Shown here: piece by piece, positions 17,286-26,652 of the stretch
Position numbering within the stretch: the stretch's first letter is position 1
Layout: each line of letters begins with the position of its first letter
Source of the DNA: an uncultured Bacteroidales bacterium
GTDB taxonomy: Bacteria; Bacteroidota; Bacteroidia; Bacteroidales; VadinHA17
Assembly (NCBI GenBank): GCA_942492865.1
Contig: OW818650.1
Span: 4,029,425-4,093,424 of the forward strand
Length of the DNA stretch: 64,000 bases
Direction: 5' to 3'
Notes under the pieces: model-generated
Told to the model about the DNA's origin: nothing
Database searches by the model: none
Seen by the model: only the letters and a program-made list of their open reading frames with translations
Translations under genes and position numbers: made by a program

Positions 17286-19007
17286 ATGCTGATTACCCGA
17301 TTGCTGCTTCTGAGTTTCATGTTATTCACATTACCGGATGACAAGCCAAAAAATAGTCTGATATTTATTTCTCCCTTAAAGATTCCGGTGTCTCTGTCGG
17401 CGAATTTCGGAGAACTGAGGGCCGACCATTTTCACTCCGGTATTGATCTGAAAACACAGGGCGTAACGGGACATGAAGTTCTTGCTGCTTCAGAAGGTTA
17501 TATTTACAGGATAAGCGTTTCTCCCGGCGGTTTCGGTAAAGCGCTTTATATAAGGCATCCATCGGGCTTTTCGACTGTTTACGGGCATCTTGATAAATTT
17601 TCAGATGAAATTGAAGAGTATGTAATTGGCCGGCAGTATGAGAGAAAAAGTTTTATGGTCAATATTTATCCTGAAAAAGAAACTTTCCAGGTTCAACAGG
17701 GTGAGCTTATAGCTTATTCAGGGAATTCCGGTAGTTCCTTCGGTCCCCACCTGCACTATGAAATAAGGAAATCGGATAATGAGGTCCCCGTAAATCCCCT
17801 GATGTTCGATTTTGGCGCAGGTGATGATATCTCACCTGTAATACAGAATCTTGTTATTTATCCTCTCGGCAAGAAGGCATTCATTAACGGGCAGAATAAA
17901 ATGAAAAAGCTGGATGTTTCAGGTTATCAGGGGAATTATTCTGTGACTTCTTCAAACGATATTTACATAAACGGACCTGCCGGATTCGGGATCCGTACAT
18001 ACGACCTGCTCAACGGCAGTTATAATCGCTGTGGCGTTTATTCAATTGAATTGAGCATTGACAGTTCATGTATTTATAAGTATGTAATGGATGGGTTCTC
18101 GTTCACTGAATCGAGATTTATAAACAGCCATATTGATTACGGCACATATATCAGGGATAATATATATGTTCAAAGAATGTTCTCCCTCCCCAACGACAAA
18201 CTGGGTGTTTATAAAGATCTCATTAACCGGGGCATATTTAGTTTTACCGATAACAAAGTGCATAATGTTCAGGTTTCCGTTACCGATGTTCATAATAACA
18301 GGTCGGTGCTGAACTTCAAAGTAAAACCTTACGATTCTGACTTGCCTGAACTTACTGATAATCAAGATAATAATCTAAGAATCATGCCTTTCGGGAAATC
18401 AAATAAATTCATTTCCAATGATATTACTGTGAGCATACCGGGCGGCGCCCTATACGATACACTGTTTTTTGAATATAAGAGAGAAAGTGGGACAAGCGAC
18501 ATGCTGTCGGATGTGCATGTTGTCCATAACAGGTACACACCGCTTCATAAACCATTTAAACTCGCTATAAAGCCGCAGAAACTGATCGCGGGAATGGAAT
18601 CGAAGATGCTCATTGCTCAGATATCCGATAACATGAAACGGACCGGATTAAACAGCGAGTGGGAAAATGGCTACCTCACAACAGATGTCAGGTCGTTTGG
18701 TAATTATTGTATTGACATCGATACTGTTCCTCCATCAATATCTTCATTAAATCTTGCTCCGGGAACAAACATCTCGGGCAGAAAAGAAATCCGGATCAGG
18801 ATTTCTGACAGCTTCTCCGGTATCAAGTCATACGAACCATCAATTGATGGTAAATGGGCCTTGTTTGAATATGACGCAAAAAATGATTTGCTTACATACC
18901 GTTTAGACCCGGCGAGGATTACAAAAGGAAATAAGCATCAACTCTTACTTACAGTTACAGACAACCGAAATAATGTAAGCAGGCTGAGCTGTGATTTTAC
19001 CTGGTAG
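17286..19007 (+). CDS. M23 family metallopeptidase (secreted)
   Basis: HFHSGIDL and GNSGSSFGPHLHYEI motifs. The N-terminus is hydrophobic. Confidence 0.85.
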   Translation: MLITRLLLLSFMLFTLPDDKPKNSLIFISPLKIPVSLSANFGELRADHFHSGIDLKTQGVTGHEVLAASEGYIYRISVSPGGFGKALYIRHPSGFSTVYGHLDKFSDEIEEYVIGRQYERKSFMVNIYPEKETFQVQQGELIAYSGNSGSSFGPHLHYEIRKSDNEVPVNPLMFDFGAGDDISPVIQNLVIYPLGKKAFINGQNKMKKLDVSGYQGNYSVTSSNDIYINGPAGFGIRTYDLLNGSYNRCGVYSIELSIDSSCIYKYVMDGFSFTESRFINSHIDYGTYIRDNIYVQRMFSLPNDKLGVYKDLINRGIFSFTDNKVHNVQVSVTDVHNNRSVLNFKVKPYDSDLPELTDNQDNNLRIMPFGKSNKFISNDITVSIPGGALYDTLFFEYKRESGTSDMLSDVHVVHNRYTPLHKPFKLAIKPQKLIAGMESKMLIAQISDNMKRTGLNSEWENGYLTTDVRSFGNYCIDIDTVPPSISSLNLAPGTNISGRKEIRIRISDSFSGIKSYEPSIDGKWALFEYDAKNDLLTYRLDPARITKGNKHQLLLTVTDNRNNVSRLSCDFTW

Positions 19008-19009
19008 AA

Positions 19010-19912
19010 TCAGCTGTAAATTTTTGAAGGGTATACTCCATCGCTGATCATCCTTTTCAGGCTTTCAACAACCATCGGCTTGTCTTCACGATATGTAACA
19101 CCAAACCACTTTTCGTTGCTCATAAGCACCTTAATGGTAATTTCACCGTTCTTGACAAATTTATCCATCGATGTTGGTATATCCAGCTCGGATTTCAGAT
19201 CCATACCCGAACGGTTGATAAAATTAATGAACTCTTCCCTTAAGAATTTATAGCATGATGGTTTAAACCCCCATAGATTCATTGAAACTATTTCATTTCC
19301 CGTATAAGGCACCATTTTCCCATCATGGCCGGGAGCCTGTGCACCCGAAGAAGTCTTCTCTATCTGTTTTGTTTCTACAATATCAACCAGCAAACCGTCT
19401 TTATTAACTCCGCACACCCCACGGTTTACATGGCCATGTTCCGACAGTGTGTTTCCCATCTTATAACCAATTATACTATAACGGTTCGGCTGATCATCAT
19501 TAACGAGAAAATCGTGAAGTATCCTGAATGAATCAGCACCGTAGAAATCGTCGGCATTTATTACGCCAAAAGGCTCTTTGATCTTTGGTTCCGTAACCAG
19601 AATGGCATGGCTTGTACCCCATGGCTTTTGTCTGCCCTCTGCCACAGCAACACCCTCAGGCAGATTGGTAATCTCCTGGAAGACATAATCAACATCAATC
19701 TTTCCTTTTAACCTCTTAACAAATCTTTCCTTTACCTGCTCCTCAATATCACGCCTGATAACAAATACAATTTTCCCGAATCCGGCACGAATCGCATCAT
19801 AAATCGAGTAATCGATTATGGTTTCACCTGAAGGACCAACCTCATCGAGTTGCTTATTTCCGCCGTAACGGCTTCCCATTCCTGCTGCTAAGACTAAAAG
19901 AGTAGGTTTCAT
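19010..19912 (-). CDS. Sugar-phosphate nucleotidyltransferase family protein
   Basis: LVLAAGMGSRYGGNKQL (GxGxR signature of NTP-transferase fold) and KPWGTSHA. Substrate unknown. Confidence 0.65.
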   Translation of the reverse strand: MKPTLLVLAAGMGSRYGGNKQLDEVGPSGETIIDYSIYDAIRAGFGKIVFVIRRDIEEQVKERFVKRLKGKIDVDYVFQEITNLPEGVAVAEGRQKPWGTSHAILVTEPKIKEPFGVINADDFYGADSFRILHDFLVNDDQPNRYSIIGYKMGNTLSEHGHVNRGVCGVNKDGLLVDIVETKQIEKTSSGAQAPGHDGKMVPYTGNEIVSMNLWGFKPSCYKFLREEFINFINRSGMDLKSELDIPTSMDKFVKNGEITIKVLMSNEKWFGVTYREDKPMVVESLKRMISDGVYPSKIYS

Positions 19913-19983
19913 AGAATAGATTTAAGAGTTTTGATAAATTTTATTTACACAAAAGTATAAAAAAAGTTTGTCGGGAGCGAATA

Positions 19984-20078
19984 AAAGTGACTAAAGTGAG
20001 CTAAAGTTTGGAGTGACTAAAGTTGGAATACACTACATTAACTTTAGTCACTTTAGTCACTTTAGTCACTTTAGTCAC
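19984..20078. repeat. Inverted arrays of a 9-mer (GTGACTAAA / CTTTAGTCA x4) forming a long hairpin
   Basis: The left arm is AGTGACTAA-AGTGAGCTA-AAGTTTGG-AGTGACTAAAGTT. A 15-nt loop spans 20025-20039. The right arm is AACTTTAGTCA(CTTTAGTCA)x3. A 13-bp perfect stem pairs 20012-20024 with 20040-20052. Confidence 0.9.
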
Positions 20079-20106
20079 TTTCTTTTGGGTTTTGCGATAA
20101 ACCAGA

Positions 20107-20114
20107 TATCTTTG
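20107..20114 (+). promoter_or_regulatory. Candidate -7 box TAtcTTTG (with TTTG at 20082-20085) for the C69 dipeptidase gene
   Basis: TATCTTTG lies 71 nt upstream of the ATG, and TTTG lies 21 nt upstream of the box. Confidence 0.35.
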
Positions 20115-20184
20115 GCAATTATTTTAACCTGTCAATATTGACTTTATTTAAGATCACGGAGTCATAATAATAATTAAAATTTTT

Positions 20185-21876
20185 ATGAAAAAGTTACTGG
20201 CAATTATTCTGCTGATATCAGCATCACTTTTTCTTCCTGAACAGATCTCAAAGGCCTGCACAAATTTCATTATAACCAGTGGAGCTTCCAGGGACGGATC
20301 GGTAATGATAACCTATTCAGCCGATTCGCATGTTCTTTATGGAGAATTATACTACTGGCCTGCCAGGAACTGGCCCAAAGGCACCATGGTTGATGTTTAT
20401 GAATGGGATACTGGTAAGTTCATGGGAAAGATCTCTCAGATCCAGCGCACATATTCTGTTGTCGGAAATATGAATCAGCATCAGTTGTCAATCGGAGAGA
20501 CAACTTTCGGAGGCCGGCCTGAATTATATGATTCAACCGCTGTGATAGACTACGGTTCACTGATCTACATCACCCTGCAGCGGGCAAAAAATGCAAGGGA
20601 GGCAATAAGAACCTTCTCACAACTGGTTTCCGACTATGGTTATGCGAGTACAGGCGAATCATTTTCTATTGCCGATGCCCGCGAAGCATGGATTTTGGAA
20701 CTTATCGGCAAAGGTCCGGGCAAAAAAGGAGCCGTCTGGGTTGCAAGAAGGATCCCCGATGGCTATATATCAGGACATGCAAATCATCCCCGGATAACAA
20801 CATTCCCATTGGCCGACGGAGTAAAGTCAATTACCTCAAGGCAGATGGATAAAATAAACAATCCTGAAGTTGAAACCGTGTATTCTTATGATGTAATTGA
20901 ACTGGCACGCAGCTTCGGATGGTTTAATGGAGCTGATAAGGATTTCAGCTTCAGCGATGTGTATGCTCCCCTTGATTTTGCAGGTGCGAGATTTTGTGAG
21001 GCAAGGGTATGGTCGGGATTTAATGCAGTTAACAGCACAATGGGAAAATATCTCGATTATGCAATGGGAGAAAATCTCAGTAACAGGATGCCTCTGTGGA
21101 TCAAACCCGACAATAAGATTGGAGTTAAGGATGTGATGGGCATGATGCGAAACTACTATCAGAATTCCCCAATGGATATGACAAAGGATCTGGGTGCCGG
21201 ACCTTATGGAAGCACTGTTCGATGGAGGCCGATGGAATGGAAGGTTGATGGTGAAACTTACATTTTCGAAAGAGCTATTTCAACACAGCAGACAGGCTTT
21301 TCATTTGTAGCACAGAGCCGCTCCTGGCTGCCTGATCCCATCGGAGGAATATTCTGGTTCGGTGTTGATGATACATATTATACAGTATATTCACCTGTTT
21401 ACTGCGGAACCATAAAAGTACCGGAGGTTTATGAAGTCGGAAACGGCGATATGATGACATTCAGCGAAACTTCCGGATTCTGGGTTTTTAATCAGCTGAC
21501 AAATTTTGCCTATTCACGCACAAGCGTGATGATAGATGATATTAAGAAAAAACAATCGGAACTTGAAGATTCATATTTAAAGGAGACAGTAAGTGTCGAT
21601 AAAACCGCAGCGGACCTTTACAAAAAGAATCCTGATGAAGCCGTTAAATACCTCACTGATTACTCGGTTAAAACCGGAAACAACACTGTTGCTCAGTGGA
21701 GTGATTTTTATAAATATTTATTCACCAGGTATATGGATGGAAACGTTAAGGAAAAACAACCCGTTCCGGCAGGATATAACAGGGTTAACCCAAAAGTGAG
21801 CCAGCCCGGATATACCGAGGAATGGTACAGGGCGATTGTAAAAAGTACAGGTGACAGGTTTAGGGAGAAGAAGTAG
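20185..21876 (+). CDS. C69 family dipeptidase (secreted, N-terminal Cys nucleophile)
   Basis: Signal peptide followed by ...KACTNFIITSGASRDGSVMITYSADS, typical of peptidase C69. 563 aa. Confidence 0.8.
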   Translation: MKKLLAIILLISASLFLPEQISKACTNFIITSGASRDGSVMITYSADSHVLYGELYYWPARNWPKGTMVDVYEWDTGKFMGKISQIQRTYSVVGNMNQHQLSIGETTFGGRPELYDSTAVIDYGSLIYITLQRAKNAREAIRTFSQLVSDYGYASTGESFSIADAREAWILELIGKGPGKKGAVWVARRIPDGYISGHANHPRITTFPLADGVKSITSRQMDKINNPEVETVYSYDVIELARSFGWFNGADKDFSFSDVYAPLDFAGARFCEARVWSGFNAVNSTMGKYLDYAMGENLSNRMPLWIKPDNKIGVKDVMGMMRNYYQNSPMDMTKDLGAGPYGSTVRWRPMEWKVDGETYIFERAISTQQTGFSFVAQSRSWLPDPIGGIFWFGVDDTYYTVYSPVYCGTIKVPEVYEVGNGDMMTFSETSGFWVFNQLTNFAYSRTSVMIDDIKKKQSELEDSYLKETVSVDKTAADLYKKNPDEAVKYLTDYSVKTGNNTVAQWSDFYKYLFTRYMDGNVKEKQPVPAGYNRVNPKVSQPGYTEEWYRAIVKSTGDRFREKK

Positions 21877-22027
21877 AGAGGTGAGAGGTGAGAGGTGAGA
21901 GGTGAGAGGTGAGAGGTGAGTGGTGAGCGTAAAGCGTAGAGCGGAGAGAGGAGAGCGGAGAGAGGAGAGAGGAGAGCGGAGAGAGGAGAGCGGAGAGAGG
22001 TTAGAGGAGAGCGTAAAGCGTAGAGCA
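21877..22027. repeat. About 150-nt heptamer-phased purine-rich tandem array
   Basis: (GAGAGGT)x5, GAGTGGT, then GAGCGTAAAGCGTAGAGC ... (GGAGAGA/GGAGAGC)n ... GAGCGTAAAGCGTAGAGC. It starts at the base after the dipeptidase stop codon. Confidence 0.9.
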
Positions 22028-22149
22028 CAGTAAGACCGGGGAAGGACATACCTTATGCTGAATACCGAATACCGGCAGGCGGATTGATTAGGAAGAAAGG
22101 ATTGGAAAATAAAATTAAAATGATATTCGGATAATCAAATTTTTATTTG

Positions 22150-22157
22150 TAAGTTTG
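22150..22157 (+). promoter_or_regulatory. Candidate -7 box TAagTTTG for rplS
   Basis: TAAGTTTG lies 44 nt upstream of the rplS ATG. Confidence 0.4.
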
Positions 22158-22200
22158 CGACCGGATTTTTAGAGCTGAGAATATTAAAATATTTTGCGAA

Positions 22201-22548
22201 ATGAACTTAATGAATGTTGTTGAGAAGGAATTTGCAGTAAAAAATGAATTTCCAAATTTTGCTGCAGGAGATACCATAACTGTACATTACAAGATTAAAG
22301 AAGGTAACAAGGAAAGGATCCAGCAGTACCGTGGCGTCGTTTTGCAGCGTTCCGGAAGTGGTCATACTGAAACTTTTACCGTAAGAAAGATGTCGGGTAA
22401 CATAGGCGTTGAAAGGATCTTCCCTACCGTGTCGCCATTTATCGATAAAATAGAAATTAACAAACATGGTAAAGTGCGCAGGGCCAGGATATTTTATCTG
22501 CGTGATCTTACAGGAAAGAAAGCCCGTATCAAAGAGAAAAAATTCTGA
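22201..22548 (+). CDS. rplS: 50S ribosomal protein L19
   Basis: [29 protein letters not shown]...FTVRK...GVERIFP..SP.I..IEI...GKVRRA+.YYLR. Confidence 0.95.
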   Translation: MNLMNVVEKEFAVKNEFPNFAAGDTITVHYKIKEGNKERIQQYRGVVLQRSGSGHTETFTVRKMSGNIGVERIFPTVSPFIDKIEINKHGKVRRARIFYLRDLTGKKARIKEKKF

Positions 22549-22572
22549 TTCAGAATATTGTTTAATAAAAAG

Positions 22573-22599
22573 AGGTGTCCCAAAAGGACACCTTTTTTA
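22573..22599. terminator. Bidirectional intrinsic terminator between rplS and the AsmA-like gene
   Basis: AGGTGTCC-caaaa-GGACACCT is followed by TTTTT and preceded by an A-run. Confidence 0.75.
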
Positions 22600-22602
22600 T
22601 TG

Positions 22603-25428
22603 CTATTGAATCTTGCTTATCATCTCCTGCTTCTGTGCTTTTGCCTCTTCTACCAGCTTATTTGCCTGTGTGTCTGCTTCATTTGTGATCTGCGATGCAC
22701 GTTTATCGGCTTCCGCTTTAATGCTGTCAGCGCTCTTTCGGGCAGCAGCATTTGCAATGATCCCTTTTGATGAAGCTGCATCAACAAGTTTCTGAGCCTG
22801 GGCATCGGCTTCCTGCCTTATCTTTACAGCAGCTTTTGCAGCTTCGTCCCTTATCTGCTGCGCTTTTATTTCAGCTTCTGCGATGAGCTTGTCACCCCGT
22901 TCTTCAGCTTCCTGCCTGAGCTTCTCCTTCCCGGTATCCACTGCCTTGCCGACCGATTGTTTCGCCGCATCCTGTACTGACTCCTTTATGCCGCCACCGG
23001 CGCTTACACCGGTTTCACCTGCTCCGAATACAGGAGCCACAACAGGATTTCCGAAAGTACCTGTCACCTTAAGGTTTACATTAAGTACATCTGAAGGCTT
23101 ATAATTGATCCCGTACTTTGTTGCCTGAGAAGTCAGATTATCAATAAGTGAATTCACCGATCCTCCCAGATCCGAACGCGGTATGGCAGTTTTCACAAGG
23201 TAATTTATAGTCTGGTCAATTCCCTGGTCACCGCTGACATTCATTTTTATATTACCAACCCTGGTGTCGAAAGGAGAAACATATATTCTGCCGTCCTTCA
23301 TATTGAAACTGATATTCAGATCTCTGAAGGTGTTACTATACTTATCCCCAAGCTTAAGAACGTCCTTCATTTTAGAGAACGCCGAAGACTCCAGCAAGGT
23401 TATTTCTTCGGAATGAAGCTTCCCTCCCCCATTGATCGTTTGAATCAGGGGCATCATGTCTTTACCAAGAAGACTTTCGTAATTCAGGCTGGCATTGATC
23501 CTTCCGTCTATGCCTTTTGCCGCGGGAACCAGTTTCTGTACAGTGTTAAAGGTAGTGAATGCATCTTTTACACCAATATTCATCAGATTGAAATCAGCCT
23601 TCATAACAGGTTTAAGGCTGTCTCTTGTATCATAATCAGCATTCATTGATACTGTGCCGCCAATAATGTTCATGCCTGTCTCCCTCAGAGACAGTATCCC
23701 GTTACGCACTATAATGCTGCCTTTCACATTCCGGGCCCTGATGGTATTATAAATAAACTCATCGATAAGAGCATTAAAAACAAAATCAATATTTTCAGGT
23801 ACTTTTATTACAGCGAGTGACGTTGTATCCTCAACTGCAGTTGTATCTACAGCCATTGCTGCCATTATCTCCCCTGCATCGACAACACCCGATCGCAGCG
23901 ACATGCTCCCCTTTAAAGTTCCGTCACTGAACATGTAAGGGATATAATTTTCAAGCCGGCCGCTAAGGTTAAAATTACTTTTTCCCCCAACATCTATACT
24001 GGTATTTTTCAATACGGCAAAGGCCGGAGTAAAATCAAATCCTGCACTGTTGATCATTACTTCAGGATAGCCTGTAATTGCAACCATCATCTTTGTTACA
24101 CTCAGACTTCCTGAAGCTTTAAAACTTTCGTATTGTTCCTTTTCGATCATTGAGAGCCTGCCTGCCATCTGCATTGACATATCGAGTATTCCTGACAGTG
24201 TTATACTATCCATGGGAATAGCTTTGGACAGGGCCCCAAAATCAATTTTACCAACCATCGAACCGCTGAAATCCGGATCACTCATCGGGGTTTTGAGGTT
24301 AAAGGTCATATCGAATGGTGATCCTGCAAGTTCCATGTGAAAACGGTCAACATTGACAGTTGTCTTATCCATATCCTTACCGTCGACAAATACCTCCGAC
24401 TTAATATTTATATTGCTTATTTTCTCAGGAAGAGCCGGATAGATTATAACCCCATCGCTTACGGAAAGCAAAAATCCTATATCGGGCAATGTGCTGTCGG
24501 CATCGCTGTAAACGCCCTTTGCCGAGCCCGAAAAGATAAATTCACCCTCAGTTCTCAGATCCTGATAATCGTTGGTATATATTGCAGGAACAAGAGACAG
24601 CAAAGTTTTAAATGATGTGCTCCCGGTCCCAAACTCAAGATCTGTCTCTATATCATCACCGGGCATGCTGACTGCACCTGTAAAATTCATCCGCAGGTCG
24701 TTAAGAGCGACATAGTTTTCACGGAAGGTAAATTTCATATTGTCGAGATTGGCCAGCATGTCGACCTCGGCATCAAGCTTTACTTTATTAAGGTATTTCA
24801 TATCTTCCATCACAAAAGTCAGTTCTCCGGCTGTGGCCGAGATCTTCAGATCAGTTTCACTCATGGTCATATCCCCGCTCAGGTTAAAGTTGAGATCGTC
24901 CAGATAAGCTGCCATATCAGAACTTTTATCAACATAGGAAACTGAACTGTTCAATACAGATACTTTTTTCAACCTTATCAGCATATCCGATCCTTCTTCA
25001 GTGTCAGCAGCTTCAGTTGTATCTTTCATAATATCATAGTTTGCCGAGCCATCCTCAAGGTAGATAACATTGACAATAGCTTTGTCAACAACAATAGATT
25101 TAACCTCATATCCTGAACTTCCAAACAGGCTTGAAAGATTAAATACAAGATTAAATGATTCAAGAGCAGCCAGAGTATCACTGCTGAACTTATCCATGCC
25201 TGTAACTGAAACATCATTAAGTGAAAATGACAGGTTTGGAAAGTTCCTGAAAAAGCCTATCCTGTAATCCGTAAACTTTACTTTAGCGTTAACCGATTCA
25301 GCTATTACAGCTTCCACCTTTGTTCTTATCTTCTCTTTAAAAAGAAGAGGTAATGAGAAGAGCGCTATCAGGATTAACAGAATAAATCCGATAAGTATTT
25401 TTGCAATTATGCGGGCTGTCTTTTTCAT
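22603..25428 (-). CDS. AsmA-family outer-membrane biogenesis/lipid-transfer-like protein with A/K/E/Q-rich repetitive C-terminal tail
   Basis: N-terminal TM anchor (AKILIGFILLILIALFSLPLL), a long beta-rich body of 941 aa, and a tail with repeated EADxQAxKLV units. Confidence 0.65.
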   Translation of the reverse strand: MKKTARIIAKILIGFILLILIALFSLPLLFKEKIRTKVEAVIAESVNAKVKFTDYRIGFFRNFPNLSFSLNDVSVTGMDKFSSDTLAALESFNLVFNLSSLFGSSGYEVKSIVVDKAIVNVIYLEDGSANYDIMKDTTEAADTEEGSDMLIRLKKVSVLNSSVSYVDKSSDMAAYLDDLNFNLSGDMTMSETDLKISATAGELTFVMEDMKYLNKVKLDAEVDMLANLDNMKFTFRENYVALNDLRMNFTGAVSMPGDDIETDLEFGTGSTSFKTLLSLVPAIYTNDYQDLRTEGEFIFSGSAKGVYSDADSTLPDIGFLLSVSDGVIIYPALPEKISNINIKSEVFVDGKDMDKTTVNVDRFHMELAGSPFDMTFNLKTPMSDPDFSGSMVGKIDFGALSKAIPMDSITLSGILDMSMQMAGRLSMIEKEQYESFKASGSLSVTKMMVAITGYPEVMINSAGFDFTPAFAVLKNTSIDVGGKSNFNLSGRLENYIPYMFSDGTLKGSMSLRSGVVDAGEIMAAMAVDTTAVEDTTSLAVIKVPENIDFVFNALIDEFIYNTIRARNVKGSIIVRNGILSLRETGMNIIGGTVSMNADYDTRDSLKPVMKADFNLMNIGVKDAFTTFNTVQKLVPAAKGIDGRINASLNYESLLGKDMMPLIQTINGGGKLHSEEITLLESSAFSKMKDVLKLGDKYSNTFRDLNISFNMKDGRIYVSPFDTRVGNIKMNVSGDQGIDQTINYLVKTAIPRSDLGGSVNSLIDNLTSQATKYGINYKPSDVLNVNLKVTGTFGNPVVAPVFGAGETGVSAGGGIKESVQDAAKQSVGKAVDTGKEKLRQEAEERGDKLIAEAEIKAQQIRDEAAKAAVKIRQEADAQAQKLVDAASSKGIIANAAARKSADSIKAEADKRASQITNEADTQANKLVEEAKAQKQEMISKIQ

Positions 25429-25528
25429 TTAATGTGATTTATACTGAATATCAAACAATTAAAACTCGTTTTGTTTTTTAATTTGAACAAATAAAATTAA
25501 TTAATATTCCCCAAAATAAAAATATTGC

Positions 25529-25536
25529 TATATTTG
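25529..25536 (+). promoter_or_regulatory. Candidate -7 box TAtaTTTG upstream of tRNA-Arg
   Basis: TATATTTG lies 70 nt upstream of the tRNA 5' end. Confidence 0.3.
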
Positions 25537-25605
25537 CTCCCTCATTCGGCGGACTGCAGCCCGAATCCGGTTTTTAAAACAATGTGCAGTAAATATAAAA
25601 CAAAC

Positions 25606-25679
25606 GGACCTGTAGCTTAATTGGATAGAGCATCTGGCTACGGACCAGAAGGTTGGGGGTTCGAGTCCCTCCAGGTTCA
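25606..25679 (+). tRNA. tRNA-Arg (anticodon ACG)
   Basis: A hand-folded cloverleaf fits. Acceptor GGACCTG/CAGGTTC, D arm GCTT/GAGC, anticodon stem TCTGG/CCAGA with loop CTACGGA, T arm GGGGG-TTCGAGT-CCCTC, discriminator A. CCA is not encoded. Confidence 0.9.
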
Positions 25680-25727
25680 CAAAAAAATTAAAAAGGCGCT
25701 GCGAGGCGCCGTTTGCATTTAAGCCCG

Positions 25728-25799
25728 GGACGAGAACCGAAGCGCAGGAGGGGGTTCGAACCGGGGAGGTTGCGGACGAGAACCGAAGCGCAGGAGGGG
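25728..25799. repeat. Direct repeat, 2 x 26 nt (GGACGAGAACCGAAGCGCAGGAGGGG), period 46, downstream of tRNA-Arg
   Basis: Identical copies at 25728-25753 and 25774-25799, followed by GGTTCAGGACGAAATCCGAAAC. Confidence 0.85.
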
Positions 25800-26049
25800 A
25801 AAAGGTTCAGGACGAAATCCGAAACATAGATAATTAAGTATTATTTAACATAAATTTTTTCTTTGTTACTAAAATTAGCCGCAAATTTGCACCGGTTAAT
25901 GCGAAGGTCTTCTGATCACCCCCCGGAACACCTGAATATTTTAAAAGATACAGCAATAGCTGAGGGCTATGCTTATATTAATAATGAATACGGGGAACAA
26001 GAAGATTTTAAAAGCATTACGCATAAATAGTAATGATAGAAAGTGGTGA

Positions 26050-26652
26050 ATGGTTAATATATTAGGTTGGAAATTATCATTAGTTGATATAAAGTGGGGT
26101 TCATGGGTTTTGTTTATAAGTGCTTTTGCGGATGCATCTTTTTTACCACTCCCGACACCAATGTTATTTTTGGCGCTAGCTCTTCTTAATATAACTAAAG
26201 CATATAAATATGCATTGTTTGCAACACTGGGGACCCTTGCAGGAGGTTTCACCGGTTATTTCATCGGGCATTTTGCATGGCTGAATCCCGTAGGTGAATT
26301 TACAGGTCTGGCTAATTTCCTTTTTAATAATGTACCGGGTTTTTCAGAAGAACTCTTTAGTAAAATTCAAATAATGTACACCAGGTGGGATCACTGGATT
26401 TTATTCTTATCAGCTGCTCTGCCTGTTCCTTTTAAAATATTTTCTATTTCTTCCGGAGTATTTGATACTAACCTACTGATATTCGGCTTGACTACTCTGA
26501 TAAGTCATGGAATACGATTCTTTCTTCTAGCCTTTCTGACAATTAAATTAGGTCCTGATATAAAGAGAATTTTGGAGATTCACCTGAAAAGGATAGCCAT
26601 TATAGCAACATTAAGCATTGCCGTTTTATTGATTGCGATTAGAATATTCTAA
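26050..26652 (+). CDS. YqaA/DedA-like (VTT domain) inner-membrane protein
   Basis: 200 aa with 4-5 TM helices. The pattern LFISAFADASFLPLPTPMLFLAL is typical of YqaA-type proteins. Confidence 0.6.
   Translation: MVNILGWKLSLVDIKWGSWVLFISAFADASFLPLPTPMLFLALALLNITKAYKYALFATLGTLAGGFTGYFIGHFAWLNPVGEFTGLANFLFNNVPGFSEELFSKIQIMYTRWDHWILFLSAALPVPFKIFSISSGVFDTNLLIFGLTTLISHGIRFFLLAFLTIKLGPDIKRILEIHLKRIAIIATLSIAVLLIAIRIF

Noticed and set aside
21708-22049. 113-aa minus-strand ORF (SPLTSLRSPLSALLSPLSALL...)
   Set aside because: It is a translation artefact of the heptamer tandem array. It is low complexity, has no start context, and overlaps the 3' end of the dipeptidase gene.
25749-25770. Partial tRNA 3' duplicate as an att site of an integrated element
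   Set aside because: Only GGGGGTTCGA is shared with the tRNA T-arm, and the following bases do not match the tRNA 3' end. No integrase, excisionase or phage/ICE genes are nearby.
25941-26252. 103-aa minus-strand ORF upstream of or overlapping the yqaA-like gene
   Set aside because: It overlaps the 5' part of the well-formed membrane-protein gene on the other strand and has no recognisable features. It is likely spurious.
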